A stretch of DNA of 64,000 bases from Octopus vulgaris. Its lineage: Eukaryota. The position numbers and the translations under genes are program-made. The DNA lies in contig OX597815.1 in NCBI GenBank assembly GCA_951406725.2, positions 200,508,001 to 200,572,000 on the forward strand, written 5' to 3'. Position 1 is the first letter of the stretch. Every line of letters begins with the position of its first letter. Below the pieces are notes generated by a model, which was given only the letters and a program-made list of their open reading frames with translations, ran no database searches and was not told where the DNA came from. This document shows, piece by piece, positions 55,555 through 64,000 of the stretch.

Positions 55555-56012
55555 GACAGCACGCCGGGCGAAATGTGTAGCCGTATTTCGTCTGCCGCTG
55601 CGTTCTGAGTTCAAATTCCGCCGAGGTCGACTTTGCCTTTCATCCTTTCGGGGTCGATTAAATAAGTACCAGTTACGGCTCAGTGGTTAGAGCGTCGAGC
55701 TTACGATCGTGAGGTTGTGAGCTCGAATCCCGGACCGGGCTGCGTGTTGTGTTCTTGAGCAAGACACTTTATTTCACGTTGCTCCAGTTCACTCAGCTGT
55801 AGAAATGAGTTGCGACGTCACAGGTGCCAAGCTGTATCGACCTTTGTCTTTCCCTTGGATAACACTGGTGGCGTGGAGAGGGGAGGCCGGTATGCATGGG
55901 CGACTACTGGTCTTCCATAAAACAACCTTGCCCAGACTTGTGCCTCAGAGGGTAACTCTCTAGGTGCAAACCCATGGTCACTCATGACCGAAGGGGGTCT
56001 TTACCCCTTTAC
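55555..56012 (+). mobile_element. Family-B SINE fragment followed by a tRNA-derived SINE (55677-56012)
   Basis: Nin-like domain to 55676, then GGCTCAGTGGTTAGAGCG..CTCGAATCCC..GTTCTTGAGCAAGACACTT..(TTTAC) tail. Confidence 0.85.
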
Positions 56013-56378
56013 ATGTGTGTGTATGTATGTGTATATATATGTATTTATGTATACAGAAAAAGTGAGTGAGACACGGACATGAAGAAATAGACGCATAGAC
56101 ACTTGAATAATACATACATACATATATATAATATATATAAATATACACATGCGCGCACACACACACACGCACGCTCGCACACACACACACACACACACAC
56201 ACATATGTATATGATAGGTATATTTATATATACGCACACATATATGAACATATATGTACATCTATTTATCTATATGTATTTATATCTACATTTATATATC
56301 TAAATATATAAATATATACATGCATACATACACACACACACACTCACGCATATATGTGTATGCATGTAAACATACGTA

Positions 56379-56410
<32 letters not shown>

Positions 56411-57045
56411 GATAGATATATATTTATATATATACATATATAGATAGATAGATAGATATATAGATAGATATGTTGATAAATATTGATACAGGACTGCGTG
56501 TGTGTGTGTATATATATGCATTTATTTTTATGAAAGTTTATACATATGCGTCTATGCGTATTTGCGTATATGTATGCTACTAATGTTATGTATGTTAAAC
56601 ATTCTTGACACTAACTTAATGCTATTTCCTTTGCTTTTTACAAATGTCTCCCTTCATCACACTTGATCATAATTCTTGGGTAGCAATTTTGTCAGGCAAA
56701 ATGATGGCGACAAGTATCTGAAAATCTGTGTGGACAGCTTTATGGAGTTGGAGAGGAAAACATTGTGAAGCTACATGCTGAGCGTAAATCAATCAATTCA
56801 GTAATAGATTACGGGAAATAACTTCTATGCTGACCCAGCAATTAACTTTTCTCTTTTCTGGTTTTCAAATTGTGGTCTTTCCCTATAATTACCAATTTGT
56901 TTAATGGTTCAACGGCCAAATTGTTCAACGTCTTTTGTGAAAATTATATGTTGTAGCATTTTCCTCTTCGATTCACCTCCTTCTGCGGCATATATACAAA
57001 TATAAATACATAATACGTACGCACATATATGGATAGTTAGGCGTC

Positions 57046-57119
<74 letters not shown>

Positions 57120-57228
57120 TATCCATGCAAGTATATTTGTTTATATATTTATGTGCACGCATTCACACATATATGCATATTCATATGTATATTCTATGCA
57201 AACATATATGTGTGTGTGTTTATATATA

Positions 57229-57264
<36 letters not shown>

Positions 57265-57305
57265 TATATACATACATATATATTCATATATATATATATA
57301 TATAA

Positions 57306-57350
<45 letters not shown>

Positions 57351-57698
57351 AGTGTGTATATGTGTGTGTGTAGAGAGAGAGAGACAGAGAGAAATGCAGA
57401 AATAGACAGAAAGAACTGGATAAAGAGGGTGAAAGAGAGAGTGGGAGAGATAAAGATGGACAGTTTGTTTTAAAAAAATCTGTTCTTTTTCTGTTACTCT
57501 TCCATCAAAGTTCCTCTTCTGTCTCATAGTCTGACTTATTGGCTGTTTGACGGCCTGTCTGTCTACCTTCCCCCAACTCTCTCTCCCCATCTATCCGTCT
57601 ATACTTTTATATATATATATATACATATATGTGTGTATGTATGTATATTGTATATATATGTATGTGTATATATACATACATATATATATATGCATATA

Positions 57699-57756
<58 letters not shown>

Positions 57757-58459
57757 TATATGCATTTATAAGTATATATGTGTACCATATGTTACATATA
57801 CATGTATAAATATGTGTGTGTGTGTGTGTGTGTATTTGTAAATACTTAGACACTAATGTATATACATATATGATCACATGCGTGCATATATGTATACTTG
57901 TAAAGACAGAAAGACAGACACGCACGCACGCAGTTACACGCGCGCGCGTGCTCACACACACACGTGAGCACACATATTTGTATGTGTTACGTCGAATTTT
58001 ACCTTCTCCAAGCTGGATGTCTAAATAGATGGCAGGAATCTCTCATTCCCAGCTGTTCGATGGCTGTTGAATCTACGAAGTTCATCTTAACTTTGATTTG
58101 ATCTTTCCTTCTTCCTATTGGGTGTCCAACCAGCTTTAGCTAGCTAGCTCGGTGTTATTGCCGGTTTAGTCGCTACGACCCGATCACATGGTATGCTATT
58201 GTCTATTCCCTTTTTTGAGCAGTAGATTGTTTTGATCGCCGAATTTTCTCACTTTAAAATAGTTCAAGCGTTAGGCATCGCTTGATTTTTATCATCTTAC
58301 AATATTATAAATTATAGTCATTAGCCGAAAAATGTAAAATGCTCAATGAAAAATTGCATGGGTGGAATGAGTGTATATGTTTGCGTGTTTGATAGAGCTA
58401 TGAACAACTATTGCAAGATACTCCCAACTTTCCAACAGCAATGTAAAAGAGTGTAGATA

Positions 58460-59875
58460 CTTAGCTGGACTTTAAAACCACGTCCTTCTGCTGTAAGAGA
58501 GCAGTCACTTGATAACTGCATATTTGGTCGTACATCGTTCACATTTCCGGTTATTTCTAAGTCCCAACTGAATGGCTCAGATTCCCGTGAGCAACACCCT
58601 TGTTTTCTACAAATTGCATTCAGTAGGTGTTTAAGTTGCTTGTTAGGTGCATGTGATACTGCAGACTTCCTTTGATATTGTTTCATCTTTGATCTTATAA
58701 TATTTCTGGTATTTCATGGACAAATTGTCTATCCGCTTCATGTGCCAAAGGCCCCTTCAGTCTTAATATTTAGAAAATACTGAATATCTTTTGTTCCAGA
58801 GTGTTGACTCGGCTTCCGTCATTCTCTGCTAATTCTCTGTCGAGCAGAAACGATTTTATTGATGTAGCCATGTAGAATTGAATTAAGTTATGTAGATTTA
58901 TTTTTAACAGAAACAGCCAGTTTAATTAAAACCAATATTACAAAGGGATTAGAGTAAATAACGACCGCAGCAAAAGGCGACTCCCTAAGTATTTTGGTTG
59001 ATCGATGGTAGAATTCACACGCCGGTTTCCATCACAACGTTGACACCCTAGTAATATGTGCACGAGGCGAGAAATATTAATCGTGTTGACGCCCATTCAA
59101 TTCATGGAATGTAAATGGGAGATGTAATCGCTCTTGGCCGTGACATTGGTGAAATGTCCCTGAATTGTATACAAAGAAATACATGCACTCAGGCACAGTT
59201 ATATAAAAATTCTATAAAGGAATGAATGTTTACTTAATCAAATGAATGCATGCAAACATAAATAGAGATGCACTTACATTTTACATACATTTGCCAAGCT
59301 TTCATCTTCTATATCGATATTTCAATAAGAATGACAAGAACATGATCTACACAGAGATCTGTATCAACTTGTGGTCACACATAGAATCCGTTGATAAAAT
59401 TGTAATACGACTGTGATTACGAGAGCAAATATATGCAATTCACACCGGTTGTGTTGCTGTAAATGCGCTGACAGATTTTTCATCATAATAATGTGTGAAA
59501 AGCCGAACTGGTCCTAATAAACTCAAAGGATGAAGAAATCATATTTTGTCATGATATGCTTTAAGAAAAAGATTATTGACCTCATAAAACCTATAGCTGT
59601 CTTTGTCAAGTGTACACGTTGTATTCAAACGATATATACTGTGAGCAAAGATAGAATGACAATATTATACTTCAACTGAAGACGTACTGTTTGGAAGCCG
59701 GAACAATTTATATTGGATTAAACCATCTTCTATGACAATTATTATCTGAATATTTGCAATGCAATAATGGATATTTTAAATAATCAGTGACTTCGACATC
59801 GACTGTTGGAATATATTTATCGTTAGTGATAACTTTCGTGTCAGCAGAAAAACAGACACCGTCTCGAAGGAGGCC
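58460..59875 (-). pseudogene. Possible two pseudo-exons (59688-59875 and ~58460-58690) of a CUB-like protein
   Basis: Acceptor ttcttttgcaccgattatctag| and donor |gtacgt. Peptides YP...C...IIVIEDGLIQ (needs a frameshift) and LSSDCSLTAEGRGFKVQL (SDxS..RGF-like). Weak. Confidence 0.2.
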
Positions 59876-60047
59876 TAGATAATCGGTGCAAAAGAAGTTT
59901 TGGGTGCCGTATCGTATTTCACATACAACACATACGTAAGTATAATACATGTAAACTCAATAATAAAAATATAATTTTGAGAGTGAAATTTCCTTTTGCC
60001 AAGGAAATTCACTGGCTTTAAAGCAGTTGCCTTTGAATGACAGTATC

Positions 60048-60282
60048 GGGGAACTGGCAGAAACGTTAGCACGCCGGGCGAAATGCGTAGCCGTATTTGG
60101 TCTGCGCTTACGTTCTGAGTTCAAATTCCGCCGAGGTCGACTTTGCCTTTCATCCTTTCGGGGTCGATAAATAAAGTAACAGTTTCGTACTGGGGTCGAT
60201 GTAATCGATTTAATATCTATGTCTGTCCTTGTTTGTCCCCTCTGTGTTTAGCCCCTTCTGGGTAGTAAAGAAGTAGGTATTT
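60048..60282 (+). mobile_element. SINE family B, full length
   Basis: As 53613. Confidence 0.9.
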
Positions 60283-60835
60283 TAACAACTATTTAAGCGA
60301 AAATTTGCATAAACTCTTTCATCTTATCGGCAGAAAGTAATGCACGTGTACTCCTCACAAAGCCAAAAGGATAACAAATACATTGAAGGTAAGGATAGTT
60401 TCTTTGAGCTGTGAAAAATATGCTGCATCTCAATTAAAATCAACCCCATACGTTATTCAATACTACAGTATACCTATTACATACCTGATAGAAACTATTG
60501 ATCACGACATAGGAAAGGCATATAAAAGGGAAACAGTCTGAGTGTGGAAAAACTATTTTAACCAACGAAATACGCAGGCTCAAACTAACTCAGACACATA
60601 CACACGCATACACATGCAGACTCGTACAGAGAACCACTCACCCCTACATACATATATCGGCACGGGTGAAATAACTGTCAAATTGCCTTATTATTGATCA
60701 ATATGTCAATGTAACACTAGTGAATTTGTTAGTTACACACACTGTCAGAGCCAGTGATTCTCATTATGGCACGTTTATATTTTATGTACTGTGTTGTTGT
60801 ATTCTCAGGCAAATTGCAACATGCATAAAAACACG

Positions 60836-60952
60836 GGAGGCATAATGCACCCCTTATTCCTTCAAAATTAGGAATATGCAGCCTTGGAAACATGTCGAGA
60901 ATAAAGGAATTTTGTTAATTCGTCGTTCAACTCCATTCTTTCATTTATTTTT
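60836..60952 (+). mobile_element. Family R2 partial copy (3' half of HHR) ending at (TA)n
   Basis: Matches 11988-12098; has GAAACATGTCGAGAA. Confidence 0.8.
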
Positions 60953-60958
60953 ATATAT

Positions 60959-61018
<60 letters not shown>

Positions 61019-61020
<2 letters not shown>

Positions 61021-62320
61021 TCCAAACACACACGATCATAAAAGGCAAGAGGCAGCCAAAATCTATGAAAAGTCTCTTAACACAAGCCCGAATACACTCT
61101 TCAACACAGAAGCCGACAGTAAAAAATGTGGAAGACCCAATTGCGGGATATGCGATTATCTAATTGAGGGATCAGAGTTCTCCTTCAAACAGGGACAACG
61201 GTTTACAGTGAAAAGCAACTTCACATGTGCTTCGGAGAACCTAATATACACACTAACCTGCTCTGGGTGTCAAGAGCAGTACATAGGCCAAACAAAAAAT
61301 AGTTTGCGCAAAAGAATGGCCCTGCACAGATCCCAGATAAGAATTCCCCAAAACAGAAAAATAGCTTCCAGCCAACACATAGATACTTGCGCCAACAACA
61401 AAACACCAGGCTTCAGGATTTCCCCCCTCTACCAATTTAGGGACGATACAACCTCGAGACAACGAATAAGTAAAGAAACTCTCTTTATTACAAAATACAG
61501 ACCACTTCTTAACGGGTCTACGACAAACGATTAATACACCTCAGCTTTAGAATAACAGAAATACACACGCAAATATTACATTCCAAAGAATCCATTACAA
61601 ATCAGTCCCAATCACAGCTATAATCCATAACGTGCCAACTTCAAGTCATACAACACCTCACTACTTCCACTCATTCATATTCTCCCTTCTCTTTTTTCTT
61701 CTTCTTCCTCTTCTTCTTCATCATCATCATTATCATCATCATCATCGTCATCATCATCACCATCATCATCATCTTCTCCTTCTCCTTCTCCTTCTTCTTC
61801 TTCTTCATCATCATCATCATCATCAACATCGTCATCTTCTTCTTCTTCTTCTTCGTCTTCTTCTTCTTCTTCTTCTTCTTCTCCTGCTCCACCTTCTACT
61901 TCAACTTTATCACTAATGCTTTTTAGTTTAACTCCTACGCAAATTCCATAAAGAAACCTTTCAATAGAAATATTCTCCTGCTAGCCGTCGCTGACCATTC
62001 AAAATACGACAATCAAGGCACTCCCAAATTTTTCCACCCCTTCCCCTAATCAACCTTCTTCTTCTTCTACCCTACCAAGAATTCACAACGACCTCGAACA
62101 CACAAGTAACAAGAGAGACACAGAAAGGGAGAAACAAGAAAAATGCCACTTATATTTGAACACTATACAAATATTCCTTTAAAAAAACTTTTCTTTTAAT
62201 TTTTCTAAATTTAATTATTTAATCGTTACATTTGAAAAGGTCTCAAAATGACCGAAACCGGTACTGAAATATTCTTTATAAAATTATTTTAGCATTTTCT
62301 ATCTTGACTTGTTTTTTCAT
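61019..62320 (+). mobile_element. 5'-truncated PLE (Neptune-like): linker, Zn-knuckle, GIY-YIG (to 61534), UTR, U3-A8 HHR motif (62225-62270)
   Basis: KRQPKSMKSLLTQA/KCGRPNCGICDYL..KSNFTCASENLIYTLTCSGCQEQYIGQTKNSLRKRMALHRSQI..KETLFITKYRPLLN. TTGAAAA-GGTC tcaaaat GACC-GAAAC-CG-GTA. (TA)n on both sides. Confidence 0.9.
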
Positions 62321-62379
62321 ATATATATATATATATATATATTGACTTGTTTTTTCATATATATATATATATATATATA

Positions 62380-62954
62380 TAGGGAGAGTTTACGAAAAAA
62401 ACAAAAGACGAAGACAGGTGGTGTACAAGACAAAGAGATGTATTAGTATAACGCTCAGGAATAGAAAAAAAGGCATTTACGTTTCGAGCCTACGCTCTTC
62501 TACCGAAGGGAACAGAAAAAACAAGGAGAGAAAAAAATGTGTGTAGTGGCTAACCATCTATCGTGAAGGTGCGTGGCTTAGTGGGTAGAGTGTTGAACTC
62601 ACGATCGTAAGGTTGTGGTTTCGATTCCCGGATGCGGGTGATGCGTTGTGTTCTTGAGCAAAACACTTCCTTTCACGTTGCTCCAGTCCACTCAGCTGGC
62701 GAAAATGAGTAATCCTACGACGGACCGGCGTCCCGTCCAGGTGGGGAATTTCTACGTCACTGAAACCGGGAAACCGGCTCTTATGAGATTCGCGGTTCGA
62801 ATCGTAGGCCGGGTGATATGTGTGTTTACGAGCGAAACACCTAAGTTCCACGCGGCTCTGGCAGAAGGTAATGGCGAACTTCTGCTGACTCTTTCTCCAC
62901 AACTTTCTCTCACTCGCGTTGTTGTGTTTCTTTTGTGTTTTCTTGTTTGGATTA

Positions 62955-62960
<6 letters not shown>
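62380..62960. mobile_element. Cluster: R3 copy (62380-62560), tRNA-SINE chimera (62563-62912), R4 end fragment (62913-62960)
   Basis: Matches to 39657, 55677/45290 and the reverse complement of 25329 respectively. Confidence 0.75.
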
Positions 62961-63026
<66 letters not shown>

Positions 63027-64000
63027 AGTTTCGAGGATAACAATTACATTGATGGGTAATTAGCTTCGAGTGGAGCGTGAAACATATGTTACATCACGAC
63101 TGCACGGAAACACTTCAGGTATTCAATACGATACGATAGCTATGACATTGTATTTCATTCATGCCTCAAGTCATCCACTTTGTGATAGAGAATGTCATTT
63201 ATGTGAAGCTAGAGACTCCACTCCAGATTTTCGCTTCTTACTTTGTTTTCGTTGCCGCAAAAATACGTATGAATGATGAAACAAACTCTCACAATAGTGT
63301 TGGATATGTCATATGAAAGCCTTAGTGTATCTGAAAGAGAGAAATCTTTGAAAATATTCTGAAGTCCTTTCAATCTTAACTTGGCTCCATCATTACTTAC
63401 AACCAATTAGATGACATTTTCAAAACACAAACATCAACAACATCAAATAGGAAACAATGGAAGAAAAGGAAATTAAATGAATCTGTATGTTTCAGTATCA
63501 AGAAAAATAATGAATTCAAAACATTGTTTTCAAATATAGAACATCTAAAATGCAAAAATATGTAAATAAAAAATAAATTTACGCGTCTAATAGTGTCATG
63601 TTAAAGGAAGTCGTCTTGTAATTATGTTATTCCGGGATAATGTTATTAATTTACCCAAAGAAATCGTAAAGAAAATAATTCAATAAACATATGTTTATTT
63701 TGTTAAACATAGATGTCTGTGTTATTTAATTTGGAAAATGTTTTGGAAAATAGTGGAATATAGTTTAACATTGAAGTCGATTCAAATACCAGTGTCTAAA
63801 GCGTGACAATGTGCGTAAATTCCTAAACACCAGCGTTTATCTGCTTTGATCTTTATGACTGTAATTTCGTATGTATTTTTGTGTCTGCATGCTTACACAC
63901 ACACACACACACATACACGCACATACACATGTTTTGCAAACAACTAGCACATGCAAGTGCTAACATACGAAAGTTCCCCATACTAGAAGTCAGCAAATGT

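Overview
AT-rich, microsatellite-saturated animal DNA. It is very likely octopus/cephalopod, inferred from the SINE families and a mollusc-type 5S sequence. No intact host gene is supportable, and almost all listed ORFs are translated microsatellites or transposon debris. The window holds tRNA-derived SINEs (at least 3 families), a 5S-derived SINE3-like copy, decayed LINEs (Tx1/L1, CR1-like, R4/Dong-like, Rex/L2-like, RTE), Helitron, mariner, pogo, piggyBac and Mutator-like non-autonomous elements, and several Penelope-like element (PLE) remnants with GIY-YIG or RT sequence. The main signal is a set of small (TA)n-embedded elements carrying type-I hammerhead ribozyme (HHR) motifs, about 15 motifs in at least 7 sequence families. 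They include a ~350-nt circularly permuted retrozyme-like monomer, non-canonical cores (U3-A8, U4C, A6U) and recurrent inverted 5' segments. There are also two long imperfect rod-like hairpins, one with hammerhead remnants on both polarities. All calls were made by eye, coordinates are approximate, and ribozyme activity is predicted, not shown.
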